Of a DNA stretch of 64,000 nt, positions 46,581 through 54,743 are shown one piece after another (positions within the stretch are counted from its first letter, which is position 1; the number at the start of each line of letters is the position of its first letter). The DNA is from Vicinamibacterales bacterium (GTDB lineage Bacteria; Acidobacteriota; Vicinamibacteria; Vicinamibacterales; JAMQPK01). The stretch is from positions 68,113 through 132,112 of the forward strand of contig CAWGDY010000013.1 of the NCBI GenBank assembly GCA_963821395.1. Reading direction: 5' to 3'. The position numbers and the translations under genes were made by a program. The notes under the pieces are model-generated. The model had not been told where the DNA came from, did not search any database, and saw only the letters and a list, made by a program, of their open reading frames with translations.

Positions 46581-47615
46581 TCAGCGCGCTTCGAGGTACT
46601 TCTTGGTGGCGGTGAGCCCCGACTCGAGCCCGCTGCGCACGCCCTCGCGGACTTTCCCTCTGATGATCCGGCCGACGAACCCGCTCAAGCCGTCCGAACG
46701 GCTGCGATTGACCATCACCAGCCAGAAGCCGGTACCGCGAGACGCCTGGGGTACGAGCACCCGCAGCTCGAGCGCGGTCCAGAAATAGTGACTCGAATAG
46801 AGCTGCTTGGACGCCACGACCGTCGCGTCTTTCTCTTCTTGAATCGCGACGTGATTGAGTCTGATAGTGGGCTTGAGACCAAATTCGGCCTCCTGCCAGT
46901 AGATGAATGACGTGATGGGCCGGGCTGAGGGCTTCGGGTAGTCGAGGAGGTATTGACGCATGTCCGGCACGTACGCGGCGAGCTCGGGCATCCCCTTCAA
47001 CAGCTCGCGGAACTCGTTGGCGACAAATGTCGGATTGGCTCCGTCCCGGTACACGGCGAGGCGCGCGTTGCCGCCCTGGCGGTAGGCGTTGACGTAGTCG
47101 AGCGCCATCTGCCGAACGAGCCGTTCCAGCTGCGCTTTCGTATCCGGCGCCGACCAGTTCACTTCTTTCTTCAAGCGGGCGAGAGCCTCCGCGCTCGCTT
47201 TCAACTCGCAGTCGCCCACCTTACACAATCGGAGATCCTGCACATCATCGTCGGGCAGCACGAGCGCGGCGAAATCCTCGAGCCGGGCCGGATCGCTCAC
47301 TTTCTTGGTGACGCGGAAGCCGCCGCCCGACTCGAAGCGCTCGATGTCGTGCATCGCCGCCACGTAGCGCGCGATCGGCGCCGCGATCCAGATTGCGCCG
47401 AACACACCGACCTCTTTGGCTGGATCGCCCTCGAGCTGCCTCGCGAACGGCGCCCCGCTCTGAAGCGCGCGCCGCTCCTCCACGGTCAGCTTTACGACAC
47501 TGGTGAGGTATTCCTCCAGGCGCGGGGGGAACGCCGCCTGCCCCTCGAGGCGCGCGGGGCGCACGAGGCAACACATCACGAGCCCGACAACCAACATCTT
47601 CAGCGCGGAGGACAT
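46581..47615 (-). CDS. Secreted hypothetical protein
   Basis: Intact 344 aa ORF with signal MSSALKMLVVGLVMCCLVRPARLEGQ and balanced composition. No family recognised. Confidence 0.6.
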   Translation of the reverse strand: MSSALKMLVVGLVMCCLVRPARLEGQAAFPPRLEEYLTSVVKLTVEERRALQSGAPFARQLEGDPAKEVGVFGAIWIAAPIARYVAAMHDIERFESGGGFRVTKKVSDPARLEDFAALVLPDDDVQDLRLCKVGDCELKASAEALARLKKEVNWSAPDTKAQLERLVRQMALDYVNAYRQGGNARLAVYRDGANPTFVANEFRELLKGMPELAAYVPDMRQYLLDYPKPSARPITSFIYWQEAEFGLKPTIRLNHVAIQEEKDATVVASKQLYSSHYFWTALELRVLVPQASRGTGFWLVMVNRSRSDGLSGFVGRIIRGKVREGVRSGLESGLTATKKYLEAR

Positions 47616-47661
47616 GGGCTTTCCTCCTCGCGAGTGTAGCGCAGGCGTGACACAATGGTGA

Positions 47662-48492
47662 ATGGCTCAGAACCTTTCCGACTACGAACTGCGCCAGTCT
47701 CCAGACCAGCCGCCACCGCTGCAATCGTTCAAATCGAAGCGGCTGTGGATTGTGGCGGCCCTGCTGCTCGTTGCCGCCGGCCTCGCCTACTACGTGTTCA
47801 ACCGATCGCCAACCGTTCCGGACACCGAGACGACCACGCCGAAACCGGCGGCGGCCGACACGGTAGCCGCCCGCAACCCGAGCGCGGTGACGCTTCCGCC
47901 CATCGAGCAGAGCGACGGCCTGGTGCGCAAGCTCGTCTCCGAACTGTCGAAGAACCCGACGGTGGCGACGTGGCTCGCGACCGACGACCTCATCCGCAAC
48001 TTCACCGTCGTCGTGTCCAACATTACCGCGGAGGAATCGCCTGGCGTGCACGTCAGTCAGATGCGCCCGAAGGCCCGCTTCCAGATCATCGAACGGAACG
48101 GACAGATGACGATCGACCCGCGCAGCTACCAGCGATACACGCCGATCGCCTCGGCGGTGGGCGCCCTCGACCCGGAAGGCTGTGCGCGCCTGTACGCGAC
48201 GCTGAAGCCGCTGATGGAAAAAGCGCATCGCGATCTCGGATACAACAACTCGTTCGACGCGACGTTCGAGAGCGCCATCGTCAAGCTGCTCTCGACGCCG
48301 ACGCTGAAGGATCCGGTGCGCGTCGTGCCGCACGGCATCGGGTATGCGTTTGAGGATTCGCGGCTGGAGGCGCTGTCGCCGGCGCAGAAGCATCTTCTGC
48401 GCTTCGGACCGGCCAACGCTCAAGTCGTGCAGCAGGCGCTGCGGAACATCGCCGTCGCGGTGGGCATACCCAGGGAGCGGCTACCTAAATAG
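47662..48492 (+). CDS. DUF3014-like membrane-anchored protein
   Basis: N-terminal TM (LWIVAALLLVAAGLAYYVF). SDGLVRKLVSELSKNP...DDLIRNFTVVVSNI...RYTPIASAVGALDPEGCARLYATLKPLMEKAHRDLGY resembles DUF3014. The family call is from memory. Confidence 0.6.
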   Translation: MAQNLSDYELRQSPDQPPPLQSFKSKRLWIVAALLLVAAGLAYYVFNRSPTVPDTETTTPKPAAADTVAARNPSAVTLPPIEQSDGLVRKLVSELSKNPTVATWLATDDLIRNFTVVVSNITAEESPGVHVSQMRPKARFQIIERNGQMTIDPRSYQRYTPIASAVGALDPEGCARLYATLKPLMEKAHRDLGYNNSFDATFESAIVKLLSTPTLKDPVRVVPHGIGYAFEDSRLEALSPAQKHLLRFGPANAQVVQQALRNIAVAVGIPRERLPK

Positions 48493-48590
48493 TCGTTAGG
48501 CGCAAGTCGTCAGTCTTAAGTCGCTAGTCTGTCGTCAGTCTTCAGTCGTCAGTTTCTGACTGAAAACTGAGAACTGTTAACTGAGAACTG
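48493..48590. repeat. Microsatellite-like segment H (CAGTCKT units, then GAGAACTGTTAACT units)
   Basis: AGTCGTCAGTCTTA AGTCGCTAGTCTG TCGTCAGTCTTC AGTCGTCAGTTTC TGACTGAAAACTGAGAACTGTTAACTGAGAACTGTTA. The centre CAGTTTCTGACTGAAAACTG is palindromic. It fills the spacer between the convergent DUF3014-like gene and bcp. Confidence 0.75.
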
Positions 48591-49058
48591 TTACAGCTCC
48601 TTGACGGCCTGGAGCACGTCCTCGGCGTGGCCATCGACCTTCACGTTGTCCCACCGGCGCGCGACCTTGCCGTCGGCGTCGATGAGATAGGTCGTGCGGA
48701 CGTTGCCCATGAACTTGCGGCCGTACAGGGATTTCTGCTGCCAGACGCCGTACTTCTCCGCGACGGCGTGATCGGTGTCGGCCAGTAGAGGGAAATTGAC
48801 GTCGTACTTGCTCGCGAAGCGCGCCTTGCTCGCTTCGTCGAGAATGCTGACGCCAAAGACCGCCGCCTTCGCCGTCTTGAAGCGGGGCAGATGGTCTCGA
48901 AAGTCGCACGTCTCCTTGGTACAGCCGGGCGTGTCGTCTTTCGGATAGAAGTACAGCACGACCGGCCGGCCGGCGTAATCGGCGAGCTTGTGCGCCTTGC
49001 CGTCCTGGTCGTTCAGCGTGAATGCCGGCGCTTTCTTTCCGGGCTCGACTAATGACAT
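48591..49058 (-). CDS. bcp: Thiol peroxidase Bcp (peroxiredoxin)
   Basis: KAPAFTLNDQDGKAHKLADYAGRPVVLYFYPKDDTPGCTKETC...FGVSILD...FPLLADTDHAVAEKYGVW. Confidence 0.9.
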   Translation of the reverse strand: MSLVEPGKKAPAFTLNDQDGKAHKLADYAGRPVVLYFYPKDDTPGCTKETCDFRDHLPRFKTAKAAVFGVSILDEASKARFASKYDVNFPLLADTDHAVAEKYGVWQQKSLYGRKFMGNVRTTYLIDADGKVARRWDNVKVDGHAEDVLQAVKEL

Positions 49059-49079
49059 ACCTGCGGATCCCCGGAACGG

Positions 49080-49757
49080 CTAGTCGTGCAGGACAACGCT
49101 GAGGAGCGCCGAGTGGATTTTGAGGCCGCCGTTGTATTCGATGAATCCCAGTTTCCTGAATTTGTTCATGAAGAAATTTACGCGCGACCGGGTCGTGCCG
49201 ACCATTTCCGCGAGCGTCTCCTGCGAAAGGTGAGGCAGCACACCCTGCGGCCTGTCCTCCATGCCGTAGCGAGCCAGCAGCATCAGCGTCCGGGCCAGCC
49301 GTTTCTCGCTGGAGTTGAACAACTGGTCGACGAGATCCTCTTCGATGCGGATGTTGCGCGACAGCATGAACGTGATGAACAGTTGCGAGAACCCCGCCTG
49401 CTCGTGGAGCAACTGTGTCATCTGCTTCTTCGGCACGACGAGGACGGTCGTGGACGACACGGCGGTCGCGGTCGCCATGCGCACGCGCTGCCCGGCGAGC
49501 GCACCTTCCCCGAGGAAATCGCCGCGCCCGAGCATGGCGACAATGGCTTCCTTTCCCGCACGCGACAAGATCGAGAGCCTGACGGTCCCCTTCTGGATGT
49601 ACATGACGTTGTCGGAGGGATCGCCTTGCGAGAACATCACGGCACGCGGACGGTATTCGACGACCTTCTTGGACACACTCGAGGAGGTAAGAAACCGCTC
49701 GGCATCGAATGCGGCCGGGTTCGCGCTCGCGGCGAGCTTCTTCGAGGGCCGTGGCAT
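49080..49757 (-). CDS. Crp/Fnr family transcriptional regulator
   Basis: cNMP-binding fold (MFSQGDPSDNVMYIQKGTVRLS...GDFLGEGAL) and a C-terminal HTH (SQETLAEMVGTTRSRVNFFMNKFRKLGFI). Confidence 0.88.
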   Translation of the reverse strand: MPRPSKKLAASANPAAFDAERFLTSSSVSKKVVEYRPRAVMFSQGDPSDNVMYIQKGTVRLSILSRAGKEAIVAMLGRGDFLGEGALAGQRVRMATATAVSSTTVLVVPKKQMTQLLHEQAGFSQLFITFMLSRNIRIEEDLVDQLFNSSEKRLARTLMLLARYGMEDRPQGVLPHLSQETLAEMVGTTRSRVNFFMNKFRKLGFIEYNGGLKIHSALLSVVLHD

Positions 49758-49793
49758 CGACCGAAATGTTACCGCAGATCCAGGGTGCCGCAG

Positions 49794-50000
49794 CTATAAA
49801 TGCCTGATTTTTGAACGCAGATCGTCGAACTGAAGTTGAATTTCCGCAAGGCGCGTCAACTGGGCATCCAGCTGAACATAAATGTGCTCGATCTCGCGTT
49901 GCACAACCGCTGGCAGCCGCAGCTGACGTCGTGTCGTACCGGGCTTGGGCGCTGGCTTGACGCCAGACTGTGAAGGACGGGCACGCATCCCCCGTGACAT
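49794..50000 (-). CDS. Small helical protein upstream of crp-family gene (hypothetical)
   Basis: 68 aa with a basic N-terminus followed by the amphipathic helix LPAVVQREIEHIYVQLDAQLTRLAEIQLQFDDLRSKIRHL. The stop lies 36 nt before the regulator start. Confidence 0.4.
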   Translation of the reverse strand: MSRGMRARPSQSGVKPAPKPGTTRRQLRLPAVVQREIEHIYVQLDAQLTRLAEIQLQFDDLRSKIRHL

Positions 50001-50083
50001 GCCCGGACTATAAACGGCCCGCCATGATCTGGTCTGTGCTGTTCGGCACAGCTAGGGGCTCGGGTTTCAGGTACTGTCGGAAC

Positions 50084-50776
50084 ATGTTCATGAACAATCG
50101 CGCCATTGCGTCCTGCACCGGTATGGTCCTGCTGCTCGCGTCGACGATCGCTGCGCAGCAACCCTTCAGCTACCGCGAGTTCCAGTTGGGCAGCGATGTC
50201 GCCTCGGTCGGAAAGCTGACGGGCTCCATGGCCACGGCGGCAAAGATCCTTCACTCACGTCCCGCCGCCATCGTGGAGCTGGAATGGCGACCGCGATACT
50301 CCTCCCGCGGCGAATCGCCCCAGACGGATCCGGTCGACACGATGCTGTTCAGGTTTTACGACGACCAGCTGTACACGATCATCGTCGATTACGACCGTCG
50401 CCGCACCGAAGGCATGGCGACAGCGGACATGATCGCCGCGGTCAGCGAGACCTACGGACCGACCTCCCGGCTGGCATCCAGGCCGATCGGCACGCAGACA
50501 AGCGGGTACGGCCTCTTCGAAACGCCAATCGCCATCTGGGGAGACGCGGAGTACTCCGTGACGCTGCTACGCGGCGCGCAGCCTGATGCGTTCCGGCTCG
50601 TGGTCACGTCCATACCTCTCGACAATCTCGCTCGGAAGGCCAGCGCCACCGCCGTCCAGATGGACGCCGCCGAGGCGCCGCAGCGCGAGGTCGCGCGGCA
50701 GAAGAAGGAAGCCGAGGACTCGGTCGCGGCGCGGGAAAAGGCCAAGGCCGAAAACAAGGCGGGATTCCGGCCCTAG
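50084..50776 (+). CDS. Secreted hypothetical protein
   Basis: MFMNNRAIASCTGMVLLLASTIAAQQ signal, with a charged K/E/A C-terminal tail. No family recognised. Confidence 0.55.
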   Translation: MFMNNRAIASCTGMVLLLASTIAAQQPFSYREFQLGSDVASVGKLTGSMATAAKILHSRPAAIVELEWRPRYSSRGESPQTDPVDTMLFRFYDDQLYTIIVDYDRRRTEGMATADMIAAVSETYGPTSRLASRPIGTQTSGYGLFETPIAIWGDAEYSVTLLRGAQPDAFRLVVTSIPLDNLARKASATAVQMDAAEAPQREVARQKKEAEDSVAAREKAKAENKAGFRP

Positions 50777-50835
50777 ATTACGCCGCACCAAACAAAACAC
50801 ACCGGATCCGGGCCTTAACCGAGTAACATTCGTCG

Positions 50836-50997
50836 ATGTTGACTATCACCCGTCTCCACGAGCTCATCGCGGCGCTCGATCGCCGCCGGCCGCAGCCAGA
50901 GCGATCCGGCGAGCGAGAGATTGCCTCCGAGTCTGCGGAGCTCAGGGAACGAGCCGTCGCGAGAATCGCGCAGCTCGAACAGCGTCAAGAATCGTAA
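50836..50997 (+). CDS. Small (53 aa) helical ORF immediately upstream of csp paralog 1
   Basis: Below the ORF-track cutoff, so translated by hand: MLTITRLHELIAALDRRRPQPERSGEREIASESAELRERAVARIAQLEQRQES. It ends 19 nt before the csp ATG. Confidence 0.35.
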   Translation: MLTITRLHELIAALDRRRPQPERSGEREIASESAELRERAVARIAQLEQRQES

Positions 50998-51016
50998 CGA
51001 AAGGCTCGGCACATCG

Positions 51017-51214
51017 ATGAACGGCACAATCAAACGACTGGTCACGGAAAAAGGCTTCGGATTCATCGCAGCACCTGACGGCACTGAGTATTTCTTTCAC
51101 CAATCGGCCTGCACGGACACCCCGTTCGAGCAGCTGCGCGAGCGTCAGGCTGTGACATTCGACGTGGGGCAGGGCACGAAGGGGCCGAGAGGCGAAAACG
51201 TCAAACCCGCGTAG
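51017..51214 (+). CDS. Cold-shock domain protein (CspA family), paralog 1
   Basis: MNGTIKRLVTEKGFGFIAAPDGTEYFFHQSAC...FDVGQGTKGPRGENV carries RNP1-like KGFGFI and RNP2-like FFH motifs. Confidence 0.9.
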   Translation: MNGTIKRLVTEKGFGFIAAPDGTEYFFHQSACTDTPFEQLRERQAVTFDVGQGTKGPRGENVKPA

Positions 51215-51241
51215 TGGGCCGACCCTCGAGCCTTCAAACGA

Positions 51242-51562
51242 TCAGGGCTCGACGGACATCGCCCCGTATACCTCTTCGACGGGCACGTCATGCGCGGCGG
51301 CCAGGTGGCGAGCGAGGATCTCCTCGCATTTAGCTATTTCTCCGTCAACGGACTGCGACGACAGGCCTGACGCGTAGCGCCGGGCGATCGCGCGTATCTT
51401 CAAGCCATCCCGCTGCAGATGTTCCCGGTCCAACTGACGGCCCAGATACAGGTGCCGACGTGGCTCTTCGGCCAGCACGCACTGGCGTGACGGCTGCGTC
51501 GCCCACATCATGAGCGCCATGTACACGAACGCCGCTGCTGAGAGAGTCGTCAGTTCACTCAC
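51242..51562 (-). CDS. Hypothetical protein with N-terminal TM helix
   Basis: 106 aa, LSAAAFVYMALMMWA followed by a soluble helical part. The start overlaps the upstream ORF stop (ATGA). Confidence 0.35.
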   Translation of the reverse strand: MSELTTLSAAAFVYMALMMWATQPSRQCVLAEEPRRHLYLGRQLDREHLQRDGLKIRAIARRYASGLSSQSVDGEIAKCEEILARHLAAAHDVPVEEVYGAMSVEP

Positions 51563-51747
51563 ATTTCACGATCCCGCCGATACTCCGCGAGCCACCGCCC
51601 GCTGACCCATCCCAACCCTTCCTCGCGGCCCATCCAGCGCGACAACCACATCGTGACGACGACCGCCGTGACGACCATGCCGACGATGAACCAGAGCACG
51701 TATTGACAATACGCGGCAAGGCGCAGCACCGCTGTCCTGAACAGCAC
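51559..51747 (-). CDS. Small membrane protein (hypothetical)
   Basis: 62 aa with one TM (YVLWFIVGMVVTAVVVTMWL). Coupled to the 51242-51562 ORF. Confidence 0.3.
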   Translation of the reverse strand: MLFRTAVLRLAAYCQYVLWFIVGMVVTAVVVTMWLSRWMGREEGLGWVSGRWLAEYRRDREM

Positions 51748-51781
51748 AGCCGGCAGTGCGGCGATCCGCTAATGTCGGAGC

Positions 51782-51943
51782 ATGTCATCAGAACCATTCG
51801 TCGACGACGGTTTCGCAGAGCGCTGGGCGGCATGGCAGGCGCGCGGCGCGGCACACGACCGTGCGACCAGACGAAAATTGCTCGTCTTCGCTGCCATCGT
51901 TGTGCTCTCGTCGGCAGTGCTGGTGAGCGTGAAACTCTTTTAG
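51782..51943 (+). CDS. Small (53 aa) tail-anchored membrane ORF
   Basis: Hand translation: MSSEPFVDDGFAERWAAWQARGAAHDRATRRKLLVFAAIVVLSSAVLVSVKLF. GC3 is about 68%. It is divergent from the 51747 ORF with a 34-nt gap. Confidence 0.3.
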   Translation: MSSEPFVDDGFAERWAAWQARGAAHDRATRRKLLVFAAIVVLSSAVLVSVKLF

Positions 51944-52027
51944 TCCGCACGTTGTCGCGAATCTCTTCTGAGCAGGTTTGTTCCATATTGAACAGCCTGG
52001 CGCCACATGCGCGGGTATGGTGGTGGA

Positions 52028-52286
52028 ATGACCGGTCACATACCGCCGGTGCTCTACTCCGCCGATCTCAAAGAGTGCGCGGCCATTTCAGAGATCTCAG
52101 AAAGCGAGATCGCGGAGCTCTTCGTATGTCGACATCCTCGCCTGCTCGACTCAGGTCAACGTACTCGAGGCTATCGAAAACTTGAAGTGGGTGCTCGGGG
52201 CGCGACGGGCCTGCATCCAGGAGGTGCTTCGCGGCGACGGGCACGCGCCCGGCGAACACCACAAGCTCATTTCGCGGCGCGCATGA
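52028..52286 (+). pseudogene. Small hypothetical protein upstream of csp paralog 2, apparently frameshifted near 52125
   Basis: MTGHIPPVLYSADLKECAAISEISESEIAELF in one frame continues plausibly as VDILACSTQVNVLEAIENLKWVLGARRACIQEVLRGDGHAPGEHHKLISRRA in the next. The unshifted continuation is R-rich and looks like junk. Confidence 0.3.
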
Positions 52287-52338
52287 CAGTTGACGTTTCA
52301 CCCGGCTAATAAACGACACACGACAAGGAATTCCGCAA

Positions 52339-52542
52339 ATGGCAACGACTGGCACCATCAAACGTCTTGTAAGCGACAAGGGTTTCGGATTCATCGCCGC
52401 GGGCGACGGGACCGAATATTTCTTCCATCAGTCGGCGTGCACGCAGATCGCGTTCGACCAGCTCCGCGAGGGTCAGTCGGTGACGTTCGATATCGGCCAT
52501 GGAGCGAAGGGGCCGAGAGGCGAGAACGTCAAGCTCGCGTGA
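52339..52542 (+). CDS. Cold-shock domain protein (CspA family), paralog 2
   Basis: MATTGTIKRLVSDKGFGFIAAGDGTEYFFHQSACTQIAFDQLREGQSVTFDIGHGAKGPRGENV. Many residues are identical to paralog 1. Confidence 0.9.
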   Translation: MATTGTIKRLVSDKGFGFIAAGDGTEYFFHQSACTQIAFDQLREGQSVTFDIGHGAKGPRGENVKLA

Positions 52543-52562
52543 GACCGAGAGCCCGTGGACGT

Positions 52563-52847
52563 GTGGGGAGGCTGCGCCTGGTAAATCGAAGCGTTCTGAA
52601 ACTGAACGACATCGTGGTGTCGCAAGTCGAAGATGGACACCACTTGTTGGTCGTGACCGCGAAGCCGGACGAAGAGATGTCGCTGGTGTATCGAGGCGAC
52701 GGCTGGAATGTTCAGTATGCCGTGGCCAGGGGTGCGCGGCTGGCGGCTGGAAAGGGCGGCGACCTCTGGTACACGTCGGACCAGGCCACGACGCTCGAGT
52801 ACCTCGAAACCTTTCGCGCGGAACGCGCCCTCACGGCCGTCCACTAG
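52563..52847 (+). CDS. Hypothetical 94 aa protein downstream of csp paralog 2
   Basis: GTG start 18 nt after the csp stop. Balanced composition (LKLNDIVVSQVEDGHHLLVVTAKPDEEMSLVYRGDGWNVQYAV...LWYTSDQATTLEYLETFRAE). Confidence 0.4.
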   Translation: MGRLRLVNRSVLKLNDIVVSQVEDGHHLLVVTAKPDEEMSLVYRGDGWNVQYAVARGARLAAGKGGDLWYTSDQATTLEYLETFRAERALTAVH

Positions 52848-53058
52848 GCACGGCGGCGAGCTCGGGCGAGACCGCAGCGCTTCCCCGCAAGTTCTCAAAT
52901 CGCTTCTGCTCAATCGCCTGATAGATCTTCGTGTCGGCGACGACATACGCGACGTATCCCAGAGCGAGCAAGCCGGCCGCCAGAAACACGCTGGCGGCAC
53001 GGGGTGCATGACGACGCATCCGGCTCATACCTCTGCCAAATGCGGCGTTTTTTGTCAT
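52831..53058 (-). CDS. Small membrane-anchored protein (hypothetical)
   Basis: 75 aa: basic N-terminus, TM VFLAAGLLALGYVAYVV, then ADTKIYQAIEQKRFENL. It resembles the N-terminal anchor of sortase-type proteins, but no catalytic domain follows. Confidence 0.3.
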   Translation of the reverse strand: MTKNAAFGRGMSRMRRHAPRAASVFLAAGLLALGYVAYVVADTKIYQAIEQKRFENLRGSAAVSPELAAVPSGRP

Positions 53059-53085
53059 GTGTGTTATCTCTTTTTGAAACGTTCG

Positions 53086-53880
53086 TCATGGTTCGGCCTG
53101 CAGCGTGACGGCCTTGTCCAGCCGGAACGTGAGAACCGTCTCTGCCGGGACGCGAACATCGCGTCCCCTGGTGAGGACCTGGACGCCCGCGCCTCCGGCT
53201 GCGCCCACCAGGACGCCGATCGCCGCACCCTCGCCGCCGCCGGCAATCGCCCCGATGATCGTGCCAAGCACAGCGCCGGCACCCACCGTTTCGGCCGTGC
53301 GCCTGTTCTTGCCGACGCCGGTGCCGCTCTCGATCGCCATGTCGGTCGTGCTGACCAGGTATCGCCGCCCGTCGATCGTGATCGAGTGCACGTCGAGCAC
53401 CATCTCGGGACTGCCGGTCTTGCCGCCGGACGACACCTGCCGGATGACGAGCTGGACGCTCGACCCCACCGGAACAATCACGCGGCCGGCGTTGGTGACG
53501 TCCTCTTCGACAATCGCCGAGAAGTGCTGATCCGCCCCTCCTTTTTGGGAGTCGATCATTTCCACTGTTCTGACGATTAGATTGGTTCCAGCCGGCGCGT
53601 CGAGCCTGCGACCGTTGACAGCGCGCGGGTTCGCTCGTTCAGCCGACAGGAATTCCAGTGCTTCGACCTGACTCGTCGTGTAGCGGCGCGTCACGCCGTC
53701 TGCGTGCCGGAACGTGATGGTTCGTGACTCGATGCCGACGACAGTGCCTTCGACCCGCGTGCCATCTCTCATGACCAGTGTGTCCGCTGACGAGAGTGCC
53801 GCCAGCGACACCATGCACATAACCATCGCCGTTGCGATGACGATTCTTTTCACGTTGTACCTTTCCTTCTGTATTGACAC
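53086..53880 (-). CDS. Secreted protein with C-terminal glycine-zipper segment
   Basis: Signal VKRIVIATAMVMCMVSLAALSSA, then a beta-rich body. The glycine zipper is GAGAVLGTIIGAIAGGGEGAAIGVLVGAAGGAG. Confidence 0.6.
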   Translation of the reverse strand: MSIQKERYNVKRIVIATAMVMCMVSLAALSSADTLVMRDGTRVEGTVVGIESRTITFRHADGVTRRYTTSQVEALEFLSAERANPRAVNGRRLDAPAGTNLIVRTVEMIDSQKGGADQHFSAIVEEDVTNAGRVIVPVGSSVQLVIRQVSSGGKTGSPEMVLDVHSITIDGRRYLVSTTDMAIESGTGVGKNRRTAETVGAGAVLGTIIGAIAGGGEGAAIGVLVGAAGGAGVQVLTRGRDVRVPAETVLTFRLDKAVTLQAEP

Positions 53881-54049
53881 GCTGAAGTGACCGACGCGGA
53901 GTTCTTTGCGGGACGACTGCCGACTGGAACGATCGTAGGTCAGGGGTGCGAGAGCGGTCTGTGCTTGATTGCACAGCAGGGCGTGTGCACAAGAGCACAG
54001 ACGTCACTCATAGAGGGCTCTACGATCGACGGCGGGATGGAACATCTTC

Positions 54050-54205
54050 ATGCTTTCAACACTCCTCATCGTCCTCCTCGTCGTGTGGGCGCTCGGAATG
54101 GTCTCGTCCTACACGCTTGGGGGGTTTATCCATGTTCTCCTGGTCATCGCGATTATGGTCGTGTTGATTCGCGTCATCGGGGGCCGGGATCCGCTTCGAG
54201 GGTGA
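54050..54205 (+). CDS. lmo0937-family small membrane protein (51 aa)
   Basis: Hand translation: MLSTLLIVLLVVWALGMVSSYTLGGFIHVLLVIAIMVVLIRVIGGRDPLRG. This is the two-helix pattern typical of that small stress-associated family. Confidence 0.6.
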   Translation: MLSTLLIVLLVVWALGMVSSYTLGGFIHVLLVIAIMVVLIRVIGGRDPLRG

Positions 54206-54223
54206 CCTTGAAAGGGCATTGTC

Positions 54224-54568
54224 ATGGCCGCTGATCGCATTCCCGCGGAACAAGCGGAGTCTGCCAGGAATGAGGCGGAACGCTTCAGGCAACTGGCGGA
54301 AGAAGCGCGGGAGATCCGCGACCAGCATCGTGAGGCGCTCGAAACCGTGCGGCAGGAGCGGGAGCACCTGCGCGAAGCGCGTGAGGCGGCCCGATCAGCC
54401 TCGGAGGACGCAAGGCACGCCGCCGATGCGGCTCGTCATGCCGCGGTAGACGCTGTGCACGCAACCGCCGAGACGCTCAAGGCGACGCTGGAGAGCATGA
54501 AGAGCGTCGAGGAGATGCGGCGCGATCTCCGCGATATGCGGGACGCGAGCAAGATCAACTCCAACTAG
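54224..54568 (+). CDS. Coiled-coil E/R/A-rich protein (hypothetical)
   Basis: 114 aa and highly charged: AERFRQLAEEAREIRDQHREALETVRQEREHLREAREAARSASEDARHAADAARHAA. Confidence 0.5.
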   Translation: MAADRIPAEQAESARNEAERFRQLAEEAREIRDQHREALETVRQEREHLREAREAARSASEDARHAADAARHAAVDAVHATAETLKATLESMKSVEEMRRDLRDMRDASKINSN

Positions 54569-54611
54569 AAGCCCGCCCCGGCAGACACCACGGACGCGGG
54601 TTCCCGCCAGT

Positions 54612-54734
54612 CTAATGTTGCGGGTTCTTGTCGCACACCCAGCGAAGTTCGCTCTCCGCTTCCCGTCTGAATTGCATTCGTCCGATGCACTCGACGTGGG
54701 TGCAGGGTTTCGAATCGCCTCTTGCAGGTGCCAT
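54612..54734 (-). CDS. Small (40 aa) Cys-containing ORF just downstream of the histidine kinase
   Basis: Hand translation: MAPARGDSKPCTHVECIGRMQFRREAESELRWVCDKNPQH. A perfect AGGAGG lies 6 nt upstream of the ATG and overlaps the kinase stop. Confidence 0.4.
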   Translation of the reverse strand: MAPARGDSKPCTHVECIGRMQFRREAESELRWVCDKNPQH

Positions 54735-54743
54735 GAGATCCTC

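Noticed and set aside
51223-51255. Stem (9 of 10 bp, 13-nt loop) after csp paralog 1 as an intrinsic terminator
   Set aside because: There is no U-tract on either strand, and the right arm lies inside the convergent 51242 ORF. The evidence is too weak to list as a feature.
52473-53009. 178-aa minus-strand ORF across the csp2-downstream region
   Set aside because: Its R/S/P-rich composition overlaps two more plausible small ORFs (52563-52847 on the plus strand, 52831-53058 on the minus strand). No sortase catalytic motifs follow the sortase-like anchor.
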